Shown here piece by piece: positions 51,062 through 62,553 of a stretch of 64,000 bases of DNA. The stretch covers positions 4,292 through 68,291 of the forward strand of contig JBCCUP010000015.1 of the NCBI GenBank assembly GCA_039196715.1, given 5' to 3'. The DNA comes from Pseudomonadota bacterium. Its GTDB lineage: Bacteria; Pseudomonadota; Gammaproteobacteria; CALCKW01. Both the position numbers and the translations under genes were made by a program. Positions within the stretch are counted from its first letter, which is position 1. Every line of letters starts with the position of its first letter. The notes beneath the pieces were generated by a model, which worked only from the letters and a program-made list of their open reading frames with translations, did not search any database and had not been told where the DNA came from.

Positions 51062-52204
51062 TTACGCGCTTTGCGGTGACAGCGTTGTGGGCGGGTTCAC
51101 ACCGCGCGACGGTTCGAGTGCGCTGTCCCGCACCCGGGCCCGGCGCACGGCGGCGGCCAGGCCGGCGAGCGCCTCGGCCGTCTCGTCGAAACCGAGGCAC
51201 TCATCGGTGATCGACACCCCGGGCGCCAACGCCCCGTCCGGGCCCACCGTCTGGCGGCCGTGCTGCAACTGGCTCTCGAGCATGATGCCGTTCGGTGGCT
51301 GATCGCCTTGATCGATCTGCAACACCACCGAGGACACCACGTCGAGTTGGTTGCGGGCTACCTTGCCACTGTTGCCGTGGCTGCAATCCACCAGTACGGC
51401 GTCGGTCACACCACGGGCAGCCAGCGCGGCGCGCGCGGCGTGTTGGTCTGCCGACGCGTAGTTGGGCCCGGGTTCCCCGCCACGCAGCACCAGCGCCGCG
51501 TCGCCGTTGCCAGACACAAACCGACACGCAGCGCGGCCGTCTTCGTCCAGGCCGAGCACCCACTGCGGTTCCGCAATCGACACGGCCGCATCGGCCGCGA
51601 GCGCCACGGACCCGCACACCGCGTTCTTGACGCCGACCGGGCACCCCACCGCGGCCGCCATCTGCCGGTGCGTCTGCGAGGTGACCGTGCGCGCGCCGAT
51701 GGACGTGAAACTCAACAGGTCGTCGACGTAGGGCAAGACAAAGGGGTCGAGGCTCTCGGTGGCAACACCCACGCCACGCTGCGTCACCCCAAGCATGAGT
51801 CGACGGCTCTCTTCGAGGCCGTCGTCCGGACCCCGCGACCCGTCGAGTGCCGGGTCGACAGCGAGCCCGCGCCAGCCGACCGTGGTGCGCGGTTTCTCGA
51901 TGTAGACCCGCATCAGCACCAGCAGCGCATCGTCGAGCGAGTGTGCGAGCGTGGCGAGGCGGTCGGCGTAGTCGAGGGCTTCGTCGACCCGGTGCACCGA
52001 GCACGGGCCCACGATGGCGAGCAGGCGTGGGTCCCGCCCACGCAGCACGTTGACGGTGGACGTTCGCGTGCGCGAAACGAACAGGCGGTCGGCCTGGCTG
52101 AGCGCGTGTCGGGATTTGACCGCGTGGGGGGACGGCAGCGGTCGAACCGCCGCGTCAGGGCCGTGCGGCCCAGGGCCGGCATCACGTTGGGGTGTGGACT
52201 GCAT
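51062..52204 (-). CDS. 3-deoxy-7-phosphoheptulonate (DAHP) synthase, class I
   Basis: LLAIVGPCSVH...LLVLMRVYIEKPRTTVGWRGL... is colinear with E. coli AroG/F/H. There is a short C-terminal extension. Confidence 0.85.
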   Translation of the reverse strand: MQSTPQRDAGPGPHGPDAAVRPLPSPHAVKSRHALSQADRLFVSRTRTSTVNVLRGRDPRLLAIVGPCSVHRVDEALDYADRLATLAHSLDDALLVLMRVYIEKPRTTVGWRGLAVDPALDGSRGPDDGLEESRRLMLGVTQRGVGVATESLDPFVLPYVDDLLSFTSIGARTVTSQTHRQMAAAVGCPVGVKNAVCGSVALAADAAVSIAEPQWVLGLDEDGRAACRFVSGNGDAALVLRGGEPGPNYASADQHAARAALAARGVTDAVLVDCSHGNSGKVARNQLDVVSSVVLQIDQGDQPPNGIMLESQLQHGRQTVGPDGALAPGVSITDECLGFDETAEALAGLAAAVRRARVRDSALEPSRGVNPPTTLSPQSA

Positions 52205-52322
52205 GGGTGTTTCTCCGTGCTGGTCGCCAGCGGAGTGTCATGCAGTGGTGCGGTGTCCGGTGGCGGTGGGTGAGTCTCGCCGTCGGACAAAGCCGGTCAG
52301 GCGGTAGACCAGTACGCGAAAT

Positions 52323-52359
52323 AAAAAAAGCCCGGCCACGCACGCACAGCTGCGCCGGG
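52323..52359 (-). terminator. terminator-like hairpin in the 5' leader of the DAHP synthase gene
   Basis: On the minus strand: CCCGGCGC-N14-GCCGGGC followed by T7 and A. Located about 120-155 nt upstream of the start at 52204. Confidence 0.4.
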
Positions 52360-52620
52360 TGCAGAAAGCACACGGCGGGGGGCGAGAGCAGCGGCCAATG
52401 ATTTCACGTCGGGTTCCGAGGTGGGACACCGCGAGCGGGTGCCTGCGGTTGACCGGATTCTAGCACCGCGCACCTGCCGTGCAAACGCAGCCGAGGCGAT
52501 CGGTGGCACACCGGGCATCCGCCGCGTCATTCGCCGCGGTCGCTGACAGACACAAAGCCGTGCCCCCGCGAACTGCCGGTGGCATCATGCCGGGCCTACC
52601 CCGCACCTGGACGCCGACCC

Positions 52621-53979
52621 ATGAGCACCTTGCACGCACTCGACCAGCGCCATGTCATCCACCCGTACACCAACCTCGCTGCGCACCGCGACACCGGCGC
52701 CATGGTGCTTTGCAAGGGCGACGGGGTGTATGTGTTCGACGACCAGGGCAACCGCTTCATCGAAGGCATGGCGGGCCTGTGGTGCGCCTCGCTCGGCTAC
52801 AGCGAGTCGCGCCTGGCGGAGGCCGCGGCCCGGCAGTTCGCCGAACTGCCGTTCTCTCACCTGTTTGCACACCGTGCCACGCCGCCAGCGATCGAACTCG
52901 CCGCCGCGTTGGCCCGCATCACGCCGCCGGGGTTGGACCGCGTGTTCACCGTCAACTCCGGTTCCGAAGCGGTGGACGCGGCCATCAAAATGGTCTGGTT
53001 CTACAACAACGCCCTAAATCGGCCGCACAAGAAGAAGTTCCTGGCGCGCCACCGCGCGTACCACGGTGTCACCGTGGCGGCGGGCAGCCTGACCGGTCTG
53101 CCCTACGTGCACGACGGATTCGACCTGCCCAGCGGTGCCATGGTGACGCACCTCACCACGCCGCACCACTACCGCTACGCCGAGCCCGGTGAGTCCGAGG
53201 CCGCGTTCACCGATCGCCTGGTGGACGAACTGCGCTCGACCATCGAGCGCGAAGGCGCAGACACCATCGCCGCTTTCATCGCCGAGCCGGTCATGGGCGC
53301 CGGCGGTGTGCTGATTCCGCCCCAGGGCTACTTCGAGAAAATGCAAGCCGTGCTCAGGGAGCACGATATCCTGTGCATCAGTGACGAGGTCATCAACGGT
53401 TTCGGTCGAACCGGCGAGATGTTCGGCTGCACGCGCTTCGGCTACCAGCCCGACATCATCACGTGCGCCAAACAGTTGAGTTCGGCCTACATCCCGATCG
53501 GCGCGGTCGTGGCGGCGGACCATGTCTACAACGCGCTGGCCGAGTACAGCGGCGCGCTGGGCATGTTTGGCACGGGCAACACGTACGGCGGTCACCCGGT
53601 GTCCTGTGCCGTCGCGCTGGAAACGCTCAAGATCTACGAGGAACGCGACATCGTCACGACAGTCAAGGCACGCGAGCCGCACTTCCTCGCCCACCTGGCA
53701 ACACTCGCCGACCACCCGCTGGTCGGCGATGCACGCGGCGTCGGTCTGATCGGTGCGGTGGAACTGGTGCAGGACAAGGCCAGCAAGTCCCAGTACCCGC
53801 CCGCGCGGAAAGTGGCCGCGGCTGTTGCCGGTGCCTGCGTGAGGCACGGCCTGATCCTGCGGCCCACCCCGGGTGACGCCGTCGCACTGTGCCCTCCGCT
53901 GATCATCACCGATGCCGAGCTCGACGCGGTCTTTGCCGCGTTGCGTGCGGCGCTCGACGACGTCGCGGCGACCCTCTGA
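52621..53979 (+). CDS. class III (omega) aminotransferase, second paralog in window
   Basis: MSTLHALDQRHVIHPYTN...SDEVINGFGRTGEMFG...ITCAKQLSSAY. ATG at 52621 verified. Confidence 0.85.
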   Translation: MSTLHALDQRHVIHPYTNLAAHRDTGAMVLCKGDGVYVFDDQGNRFIEGMAGLWCASLGYSESRLAEAAARQFAELPFSHLFAHRATPPAIELAAALARITPPGLDRVFTVNSGSEAVDAAIKMVWFYNNALNRPHKKKFLARHRAYHGVTVAAGSLTGLPYVHDGFDLPSGAMVTHLTTPHHYRYAEPGESEAAFTDRLVDELRSTIEREGADTIAAFIAEPVMGAGGVLIPPQGYFEKMQAVLREHDILCISDEVINGFGRTGEMFGCTRFGYQPDIITCAKQLSSAYIPIGAVVAADHVYNALAEYSGALGMFGTGNTYGGHPVSCAVALETLKIYEERDIVTTVKAREPHFLAHLATLADHPLVGDARGVGLIGAVELVQDKASKSQYPPARKVAAAVAGACVRHGLILRPTPGDAVALCPPLIITDAELDAVFAALRAALDDVAATL

Positions 53980-54149
53980 GCCATGTACCGGGGTGCGGTG
54001 CACCGACTCTGGTGCCCCACTCGACCCGTGTCTGCGCCTCGCGACGGTGGAACGCTATCTGCTCGGCGGAGGGAACCCCGCGCGATGGTGTGGCTCCTAC
54101 ACTCCACACCGTGCGTGCCAACACGACTTCGCCCCCGAGGACACCCACC

Positions 54150-55958
54150 ATGGTTCTGGGCCTGCGGATACCCACCGCTCTCATTCTGCTTCTGACCGTT
54201 GCGTTCTCGATCGGGAGCGCCCGTGCGCTCAGTCTTTTCGGCGGGCAGGACGAGCTGATGGACCCGAACGACGCGTTCGAGATCGGTCCGGTAGACGCCG
54301 ACACGAACAGCGTCTTGCTCAGCATCACGGCCGCTGAGGGGTACTTTCTCTACCGCGACAAGTTCCGTTTCACCTCGCAAACCGACGGCGTCGTGCTCGG
54401 TGTGCCGACGATCCCACCGGGCAAGGTGAAGCAGGACGAGTTCTTCGGCCTGGTCGAAACCCACCGTGGGCAGGTCGACATCTCCATCCCGTTGTTGGCC
54501 AACACCGCTGGCGCACGCCGCGTCGAATTGGTGGTGGGCAACCAGGGGTGCGCCGATATCGGTGTGTGTTTTCCACCCCAGGAACGCACCATCAGCGTGT
54601 CCCTGCCCGCTGGCGCGGGCTCGGGCGGCTCGGGCGCACCGGAGGGGGCACCGCGCGCCGCTGTCGAGCCGATCCCGCTGAGCGAGCAGGATGCCCTCGC
54701 TGCACGGCTGCAGCACAACGCACTGTTGCCCACCGTCGCGCTGTTTTTCGCCCTCGGCGTGTTGCTCGCTTTCACGCCGTGCGTGTTTCCGATGATTCCG
54801 ATTCTCTCGGGCATCATCGCCGGCCAGGGCGAGTCGATCACGACCCGGCGCGCCTTCGGCCTGTCGTCGGTGTACGTGCTCGCCATGGCCCTGACCTACG
54901 CCGCCGTCGGCGTTTTGGTGGGCCTGTCGGGCAACAACATCCAGGCCGTGTTCCAGGCCCCCTGGGTCATAGTCGCGTTCGCCGCACTGTACGTGGCGCT
55001 CAGCCTCTCGATGTTCGGGCTCTACGAGTTGCAGCTGCCGAGCGCACTGCAAACCCGACTGACCGCGCTGAGCGAAAACCAGCAACGCGGCACCCACGCC
55101 GGGGTTGCAGTCATGGGTGTGCTGTCCGCGCTGATCGTCGGTCCCTGCATCACGGCGCCGCTGGTCGGTATCTTGATCTACATCAGCAGCACCGGGGATG
55201 CGCTGGTGGGCGGCCTGACGCTGTTCGCGCTTGCGCTGGGCATGGGGGCACCCCTTTTGGTGATCGGCACCTCCGCCGGCCAGTGGCTTCCGAAAGCCGG
55301 CGCGTGGATGAACACGGTCAAGGCCGCCTTTGGCGTGCTCTTGCTGGCCATGGCCATCTGGATGATCGACCGGACTGTCCCGCCCCAGGTCACGCTCGCG
55401 CTGGCGGGCGTGCTCGCGGTGTGCAGCGGGGTGTACCTCGGTGCCTTCGACGCGGCGGAACGGGGGTGGCAAAAACTGGCCAAGGGGGCCGGGCTGGTTG
55501 CCGCCCTGATCGGCAGCCTGTGGTTGATCGGTGCGGCCACCGGCACGGGCCGCCTGACCGCGCCGCTCGCGCACTTCGGCGCGTCACCGGCCGCTAACGC
55601 GGCGCACGTCGACTTTGCACCGGTCGATTCCCTGGACGAGCTGCATGCGGCACTCGAGCGTGCCGGCACCCGCCAGACCATCCTCGATTTCTACGCCGAC
55701 TGGTGCGTGAGCTGCAAGGAAATGGAGGCATTCACCTTCTCCGACCCCAGTGTTGCCAGCCGCATGCGCGAGTTCCAGCTGTTGCAGGCCGACGTCACAG
55801 CCAACAACAGTGAACACCAGGCGCTGCTCAAATCACTGGGGTTGTTCGGACCGCCCGCAATCGTGTTTTTTGACGAGCGCGGTGATGAGCGGCAGGGCAC
55901 ACGGGTTGTCGGGTTCCAGAATGCCGAGCGTTTTCTCGCACACCTGAACCGGCTCTGA
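54150..55958 (+). CDS. dsbD: thiol:disulfide interchange protein DsbD (protein-disulfide reductase)
   Basis: Signal peptide, periplasmic alpha domain (CADIGVCFP), 8-TM beta domain (CVFPMIP...GPCITAPL), and C-terminal thioredoxin domain (WCVSCK). Confidence 0.85.
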   Translation: MVLGLRIPTALILLLTVAFSIGSARALSLFGGQDELMDPNDAFEIGPVDADTNSVLLSITAAEGYFLYRDKFRFTSQTDGVVLGVPTIPPGKVKQDEFFGLVETHRGQVDISIPLLANTAGARRVELVVGNQGCADIGVCFPPQERTISVSLPAGAGSGGSGAPEGAPRAAVEPIPLSEQDALAARLQHNALLPTVALFFALGVLLAFTPCVFPMIPILSGIIAGQGESITTRRAFGLSSVYVLAMALTYAAVGVLVGLSGNNIQAVFQAPWVIVAFAALYVALSLSMFGLYELQLPSALQTRLTALSENQQRGTHAGVAVMGVLSALIVGPCITAPLVGILIYISSTGDALVGGLTLFALALGMGAPLLVIGTSAGQWLPKAGAWMNTVKAAFGVLLLAMAIWMIDRTVPPQVTLALAGVLAVCSGVYLGAFDAAERGWQKLAKGAGLVAALIGSLWLIGAATGTGRLTAPLAHFGASPAANAAHVDFAPVDSLDELHAALERAGTRQTILDFYADWCVSCKEMEAFTFSDPSVASRMREFQLLQADVTANNSEHQALLKSLGLFGPPAIVFFDERGDERQGTRVVGFQNAERFLAHLNRL

Positions 55959-56161
55959 CACCGCACTGCACACCCCCGACCTCTGCTGGCCAGTGCGCGC
56001 GCCTGTGTTGGTGCGGGGGCCCGCACCTTTGAAAGAAATCGAGAGGCGCCTTCCCTGGCAGGCCACCGACACACACAGGTGCGTGTCAGCGCTAGGGCAT
56101 CCGTGCCCTGAACCTCTCTGTCTGGTCACATTCAAGATGCGCACCAAACCGCGCCTTGAGC

Positions 56162-56818
56162 TCAAGATGAGGTGACTTCCCCGTCACACAGCGCGTCGCC
56201 ACCCGGGTGGTGAGCGACAAACCGCAGCGCACCGTCAGGACGCTGCACGACTACGAAACGGGCACAGTTCTGCGCCTGGGGCCCGGACCAGAGGGCGGAC
56301 AACGGCAAACCCGCGGCGACGCAGTACACCGCCTTTATCAGCGCACCGTGACTGATCACCAGCACGCGTTGCCCCGGCTGAGCGGCCGCGATGGTGGACA
56401 ACGCCGAGCACCCTCGGTGTTGCAGCTCCGCCACGGTTTCGGCCCCCTCGAGCGCGAAACGCTCTGGCGCGTTGAGAAAGTGATCGAATGCCCTGGGCCA
56501 GACCCGCGTGACCTCGGTCCTGAGCTTTCGCTGCCAGGGCCCGAGGTGTATTTCACGCAGCGCATCACGGAACACCGGCTTGCAGGGTCGCCCCGCCAGC
56601 ACGCCATCGAGGGTCTGCCGGGTCCGCACGCTGGAGCTGCAGTACACCGCGTCGTAGTGCGCGATGTCGAGCTGCGTGCCCAGGGCCGCGGCCTGCGCGA
56701 GTCCGCGTGCCGACAAACGCGATTCCGCCTGTCCCTGCACACGCCCGGCCGCATTCCATTCGGTTTCACCATGGCGCACCAGGTGAAATTCGGTTTCAGG
56801 CGGGGCCTGCTCGGTCAT
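56162..56818 (-). CDS. histidine phosphatase family protein (phosphoglycerate mutase-like)
   Basis: RHG catalytic motif LVRHGETEWN and downstream His (ISHGALIKA). Confidence 0.75.
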   Translation of the reverse strand: MTEQAPPETEFHLVRHGETEWNAAGRVQGQAESRLSARGLAQAAALGTQLDIAHYDAVYCSSSVRTRQTLDGVLAGRPCKPVFRDALREIHLGPWQRKLRTEVTRVWPRAFDHFLNAPERFALEGAETVAELQHRGCSALSTIAAAQPGQRVLVISHGALIKAVYCVAAGLPLSALWSGPQAQNCARFVVVQRPDGALRFVAHHPGGDALCDGEVTSS

Positions 56819-56914
56819 CTCGGCGCACCACGGCGGGGGGTTGGTGTCACATTGTCCGGTATAATTTGCACAGGTACCAACCGGCGCACCGCGCCGCGGA
56901 TGCAGAGCAGGAGG

Positions 56915-57910
56915 ATGGCAGTGCCCGGTTCACCCGTGCCTCAACGCGATGGCCAACCCCACCGTGTCGCCGTGATACTGGTGCCCGAGTTTTCCCTGAT
57001 GGCATTCAGTTGCTCGACCGAGCCGCTGCGGTCGGCCAACCGGATGACCGGCCGCGATCTCTACGAATGGCGTGTGTTCACGCTCGACGGCGCGCCCGCC
57101 CGCAGCAGCAGTGGGATCGAAATTGCCAGCCACGGCGCACCCGACCTCGGCTGGCCGGACACGGTGTTGGTCTGCGGTGGGCTCGATCTCAACCGCAGCC
57201 TCTGTGAACCCTACCACCGCCTGATGCACCGCTTTGCCAACCGTGGTATCCGCATCGGCGGCGTGAGTACCGGCGGCTATCTGTTGGCGAGCTCGGGCCT
57301 GCTCGACGGGTACCGTTGCACTTTGCACTGGGAGTACATCGCGAGCTTCGCCGAGGATTTCCCGAACCTCGACATCACCGATCAGCTGTACGTGATCGAC
57401 CGCAACCGCATGACGAGTTCCGGTGGTACCGCCGCGATGGACATGATGCTCGCCCTGATCGCCGGCGAGCACGGCGAGGACATCGCCACCCTGGTCGCGA
57501 GCCAGTTCATTCACGAGCGTGCACGCACAGGGTCCGAGCACCAGCGCATTGCCGAGGACACGCTGAATGCGCGACAGTCACAGAAAATGGCGGACGCGAT
57601 CGCGTTGATGCGCGAAAACATGGAATCCCCGCTCACGCCGCGCGAGCTCGCCGAGCGGGTGAACCTGTCGTTGCGCCAGCTCGAGCGGCTGTTCCGAAAA
57701 TACAAGGACGATACGCCGCAACACTACTACCTGCGCCAGCGGCTCGAACAGGCCCACCGCTACATCATCCAGACCGGCATGCCGCTGATCGAGGTCGCCG
57801 TCGCCGTCGGTTTCGTGTCGCAGTCCCATTTCACCAAGTGCTACCGTGATCTCTACGGACAGACCCCGTTGCAGAACCGACGCATGCACGATCAGCAACA
57901 CCCGGGCTGA
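56915..57910 (+). CDS. GlxA-family AraC-type regulator (DJ-1/PfpI-like GATase1 domain + AraC HTH), GbdR/CdhR-like
   Basis: AGGAGG RBS then ATG. The N-terminal DJ-1/PfpI domain (VAVILVPEFSLMAF...GGVSTGGYLLA) is followed by a C-terminal AraC HTH (HFTKCYRDLYGQTP). Confidence 0.8.
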   Translation: MAVPGSPVPQRDGQPHRVAVILVPEFSLMAFSCSTEPLRSANRMTGRDLYEWRVFTLDGAPARSSSGIEIASHGAPDLGWPDTVLVCGGLDLNRSLCEPYHRLMHRFANRGIRIGGVSTGGYLLASSGLLDGYRCTLHWEYIASFAEDFPNLDITDQLYVIDRNRMTSSGGTAAMDMMLALIAGEHGEDIATLVASQFIHERARTGSEHQRIAEDTLNARQSQKMADAIALMRENMESPLTPRELAERVNLSLRQLERLFRKYKDDTPQHYYLRQRLEQAHRYIIQTGMPLIEVAVAVGFVSQSHFTKCYRDLYGQTPLQNRRMHDQQHPG

Positions 57911-57919
57911 CACCACGCC

Positions 57920-58855
57920 ATGCACATTCTCGTGAGCATGCCGACAGAGCAACGCGACCACGCCGAACGCTGGCGCACGGCGCTGATGCAACGGCTACCG
58001 TCTGCCGACATCAGCGTGTACTCGAGCGGCGAGGTGCCACGCAACGTCGACTACGTCGTCACCTGGAAACCCGATGCAGACTTGATGTCACGGCTGACCG
58101 GCTTGCGCGCTGTGTTCACCGCCAGCGCGGGGGTCGACGCCATCCTCGCACAGGCAGACCTGCCCGACTGCCCGATCGTGCGCTTGCTCGACGCCGGCAT
58201 GGGCGACCAGATGGCCGACTATGCCCTGTTCGCCGGGCTGTACCTGCAACGTGGCTTTGACCGCATGCGCGAGGCCCAGGCCGAGGCCCGTTGGGCACCG
58301 GCGCTCGGTGCCGCTCGTGACCGACCGGTGGTTGGTATCCTCGGTCTTGGCACCCTGGGCTCGGTCGTGGCTGCGCGCCTGGTCGCAAACGGCTTCCCCG
58401 TGCGCGGCTGGTCGCGCACGGCGCGGACCGTGCCGGAGTTGAGCTGTTTCCATGGCCTGGATGGTCTGGACGATTTCCTCGCCGGCACCGAGCTGCTCTT
58501 CTGTCTCCTGCCACTGACGCCGCAGACGCGGCACCTGATCGACCGCCGACGTCTCGAGGCCCTGCCACGTGGTGCGGCGGTCGTGAACGTTGCCCGTGGG
58601 CCTGTCGTCAACGAAGTGGATCTTCTGGCCGCACTCGACTCCGGGCACGTGCGTTGCGCCCTGCTCGACGTGTTCGCCACCGAGCCGCTGCCGCCGGACA
58701 ACCCGCTCTGGCAGCACCCCCGGGTCGTGATCACCCCGCACGTTGCTGCTGCCACGCTGATCGAACCCAGTGCCGACAGCGTCGTCGCGGACATGGCACG
58801 CCTTGAACGCGGCGACACACCGCGCGGCCTGGTGGACCGAGCCCGGGGTTACTGA
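57920..58855 (+). CDS. D-2-hydroxyacid dehydrogenase (glyoxylate/hydroxypyruvate reductase A-like)
   Basis: NAD-binding GILGLGTLGSVVA and a catalytic R/E/H arrangement (VNVARG...ITPHVAA). Confidence 0.8.
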   Translation: MHILVSMPTEQRDHAERWRTALMQRLPSADISVYSSGEVPRNVDYVVTWKPDADLMSRLTGLRAVFTASAGVDAILAQADLPDCPIVRLLDAGMGDQMADYALFAGLYLQRGFDRMREAQAEARWAPALGAARDRPVVGILGLGTLGSVVAARLVANGFPVRGWSRTARTVPELSCFHGLDGLDDFLAGTELLFCLLPLTPQTRHLIDRRRLEALPRGAAVVNVARGPVVNEVDLLAALDSGHVRCALLDVFATEPLPPDNPLWQHPRVVITPHVAAATLIEPSADSVVADMARLERGDTPRGLVDRARGY

Positions 58856-59319
58856 CCGGCACTGATCCGCACCCAGTGCTCAACCCGCTCGGCGTCGCTG
58901 TCGCGCAGCCGACGGCTCATTTCCCGTCCGATATTCATGTGCAACAGGGTCATCTGCTCCAGGTCCTGCTGCCACACGCGGTGCATGGTGTCGGGCCCGA
59001 TCTCCAGCGCGATGCACGGCGATTGAGCAACGGCCGTGTAGCTGCGAGGCTGCAGGTCAATGTGTGCCGCCTCGCCGTAGGAGTCACCCACGGCAATGGA
59101 TCGCAAGACATAGCACAGCGTGTCGGTCTCCCAGACCGCGAGCGCACGCCCGTGAAGCAACACAAAGAGGCTGTCACCGTCCTCGCCTTGCCGAAAGAAC
59201 GCCTGGCCGGGCGCGCGCGGCAACGCCGGCGCATGCGTCATCAGCGTGCCGAGGGTGAGCTCGGACAAGCCACCAAACACGGGCATCTGCTGCAGCGTTT
59301 CGATCGAAGGCGGGGTCAT
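58849..59319 (-). CDS. stand-alone cyclic-nucleotide-binding domain protein
   Basis: About 156 aa with cNMP-binding-fold hallmarks (FFRQGEDGDSLFVLLHGRALAV...). No DNA-binding domain. Confidence 0.55.
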   Translation of the reverse strand: MTPPSIETLQQMPVFGGLSELTLGTLMTHAPALPRAPGQAFFRQGEDGDSLFVLLHGRALAVWETDTLCYVLRSIAVGDSYGEAAHIDLQPRSYTAVAQSPCIALEIGPDTMHRVWQQDLEQMTLLHMNIGREMSRRLRDSDAERVEHWVRISAGQ

Positions 59320-59509
59320 GGTGGGCCTTGGACGGTCGCGTGAGTCACGGCGGCTGCACATCGCAGGCCACTTACGGCCGAGGACGTTTGCCACGCTGCG
59401 ACACCGATCACATTTCGGAACGTCATGTCAGCCCGTTTGAGCTGACCGGTGACCTGTGCGCTGCCCCTGATTATACAATCCGCGCACCCGCCCTCCGCGA
59501 CCAACCGCC

Positions 59510-60910
59510 ATGGCCATCAGCGTATTCGACCTGTTCAAAATCGGTATCGGACCATCAAGCTCTCACACGGTGGGCCCCATGCGCGCAGCTCATCGGTTTC
59601 TGGAGGCGCTGGACGCACGGGACCTGATCGAACGCACGGCGCGGGTGCAGACCGAGCTCTTCGGGTCGCTCGGCGCCACCGGCCGCGGTCACGGATCCGA
59701 CAAGGCCGTGATCCTGGGTCTGATGGGCGAAACCCCCGAAGACACGGATACCACCACGGTCAACACGCGGGTGCGCACGGCGCGCGAACAGCGCAGCCTC
59801 ATGCTGGCCGGGCGCCACCGCATCGCCTTCGACGACGACAGCGATCTGGTGCTCTACCGCGAAAAGTCGCTGCCGTTTCACAGCAACGGCATGCGACTGC
59901 GTGCGCTGGACGCCAGCGGTGCGGTGCTGCACGAGGCCGTCTACTACTCGGTCGGCGGCGGCTTTGTCGTCGACGAGTCTGCCGTTGCCGGCGATGACCC
60001 GTTGACCGAGGACCAGACAACCCTGCCCTACCCGTTCACCACGGCGGAGGAACTGCTCTGTCTGGCCAACGAGCACAACGTGCCGATCAGCAGCATCATG
60101 TTCGCCAACGAACGCGTTTGGCACTCGGACGAGGACATACGCGCCGGCCTGCTGCGCATCTGGGACGTGATGCAAGGCTGTGTGCAGCAGGGCATGACCA
60201 CCGAAGGCGTATTACCAGGTGGCATGAAGGTCAAGCGGCGCGCGTTCGCGCTGCACCGCAAGCTCACCTGCGAGGCCCCGGGCGAGGCCTTGCCAATCGG
60301 CGTGCTGGACTGGGTCAACCTCTACGCGCTGGCGGTGAACGAGGAAAACGCCGGTGGTGGCCGCGTCGTCACCGCGCCGACCAACGGCGCGGCGGGCATC
60401 ATCCCCGCGGTGATGCACTACTACGCCAAACACTGCCCCGGTGCGACCGAGGACGGCATCATCCGTTTCCTGCTGACCGCCGGCGCGATCGGCATTCTGT
60501 TCAAGGAGAACGCCTCGATCTCGGGCGCGGAAGTCGGTTGCCAGGGCGAGGTCGGGTCGGCTTGCTCAATGGCAGCTGGCGCGCTGACGGAAGTGCTCGG
60601 CGGCACGCCGGCACAGGTCGAAAACGCCGCTGAAATCGGTATGGAACACAACCTAGGCCTGACGTGCGACCCGATCGGCGGCCTGGTTCAGGTCCCCTGC
60701 ATCGAACGCAATGCCATGGCCTCGGTCAAGGCGATCAACGCCAGTCGCATGGCGCTGCGCGGGGACGGTACCCATTTCGTCTCGCTCGACAAGGTCATCA
60801 AGACGATGCGCGAGACCGGCATGGACATGTCCCAAAAGTACAAGGAAACCGCCCGCGGCGGCTTGGCCATCCACGTGTTGGAAGTGCCGGTGAACGTGGT
60901 CGAATGTTGA
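59510..60910 (+). CDS. sdaA: L-serine ammonia-lyase (Fe-S dependent L-serine dehydratase)
   Basis: [27 protein letters not shown]... covering the full-length alpha+beta domains, 466 aa. Confidence 0.9.
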   Translation: MAISVFDLFKIGIGPSSSHTVGPMRAAHRFLEALDARDLIERTARVQTELFGSLGATGRGHGSDKAVILGLMGETPEDTDTTTVNTRVRTAREQRSLMLAGRHRIAFDDDSDLVLYREKSLPFHSNGMRLRALDASGAVLHEAVYYSVGGGFVVDESAVAGDDPLTEDQTTLPYPFTTAEELLCLANEHNVPISSIMFANERVWHSDEDIRAGLLRIWDVMQGCVQQGMTTEGVLPGGMKVKRRAFALHRKLTCEAPGEALPIGVLDWVNLYALAVNEENAGGGRVVTAPTNGAAGIIPAVMHYYAKHCPGATEDGIIRFLLTAGAIGILFKENASISGAEVGCQGEVGSACSMAAGALTEVLGGTPAQVENAAEIGMEHNLGLTCDPIGGLVQVPCIERNAMASVKAINASRMALRGDGTHFVSLDKVIKTMRETGMDMSQKYKETARGGLAIHVLEVPVNVVEC

Positions 60911-61130
60911 GGCCTCGCACCCACGATAGCCACGAAAATGGACGGGCAAAAAGCCTGAAAACGGTCTAAACCATGCAAACCATGATGTTTGGTTCACCTG
61001 TCGACAGAGGCTTGCACTTATATGTCGCAATCCGTTACCGACCTGTCGCGAGTGAATCAGCTGCTGGCGCAGCCCAGACATAGAGTTCCGCGTTCCATAG
61101 TCCGGTGATTCACCGGCCAACCAGAGCCCA

Positions 61131-61853
<723 letters not shown>

Positions 61854-61887
61854 CGCGCGGCCTCGCCGTGGTCGGTGGAACCTTGCC

Positions 61888-62553
61888 ATGCCGTGTGACA
61901 CCGAATCCAGCCGCAAGACGCGATCCCCCGACACCCCTGTTGCCAAGACCACACTTGTCATTGCCTGTGGTGCGCTTGCGCACGAAATCACGGCCTTGCA
62001 ACGACTCGGCAACTGGCAACACATTGCCGTTCAATGCCTGCCAGCCGAGCTGCACAACCGACCCGACAAGATCCCTGAAGCGGTACGGGCCAAGATCCAG
62101 GCGGGTCGTGATCGTTTCGCGCACCTGTTTGTCGCGTATGCCGACTGCGGCACCGGCGGTCTGCTCGACAAGGTGCTGCGCGAGGAAGGCGTGGAGCGCT
62201 TGCCCGGCGACCACTGCTACGGTTTTTTCGCCGGGCAAAACGCATTCGATGCGATTAGCGAGGCCGAGCTTGGCACGTTTTACCTGACCGATTTTCTGGC
62301 GCGCCACTTCGACCGCTTGATCTGGCGGGGCATGGGGTTGGAGGCGCACCCGGAACTGTTGCCCATGATGTTCGGCAACTACACACGCCTGCTCTACCTT
62401 GCGCAGAAGCCTACGGACGACTTGCAGCACCGTGCGCAACAGGCTGCCGACAAGCTTGGCTTGCGCTACGAGTTCAAGCAAACGGGGTATGGCGAACTCG
62501 CCACAGAACTGACATCCGTCGCGGAGAAAACAATCACATGGCGAAACTTGTAA
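61888..62553 (+). CDS. DUF1638-domain protein
   Basis: About 221 aa. As far as I recall, this conserved family sits next to corrinoid/methyltransferase genes. ATG at 61888 verified. Confidence 0.6.
   Translation: MPCDTESSRKTRSPDTPVAKTTLVIACGALAHEITALQRLGNWQHIAVQCLPAELHNRPDKIPEAVRAKIQAGRDRFAHLFVAYADCGTGGLLDKVLREEGVERLPGDHCYGFFAGQNAFDAISEAELGTFYLTDFLARHFDRLIWRGMGLEAHPELLPMMFGNYTRLLYLAQKPTDDLQHRAQQAADKLGLRYEFKQTGYGELATELTSVAEKTITWRNL

Noticed and set aside
60911-61130. Possible cobalamin riboswitch or operator upstream of the corrinoid protein gene (lower-GC spacer, TGTCGC direct repeats, CAAAC-N7-GTTTG inverted repeat)
   Set aside because: I could not recognise the conserved B12-riboswitch core by eye. 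The repeats are short and could be chance. An Rfam scan is needed.
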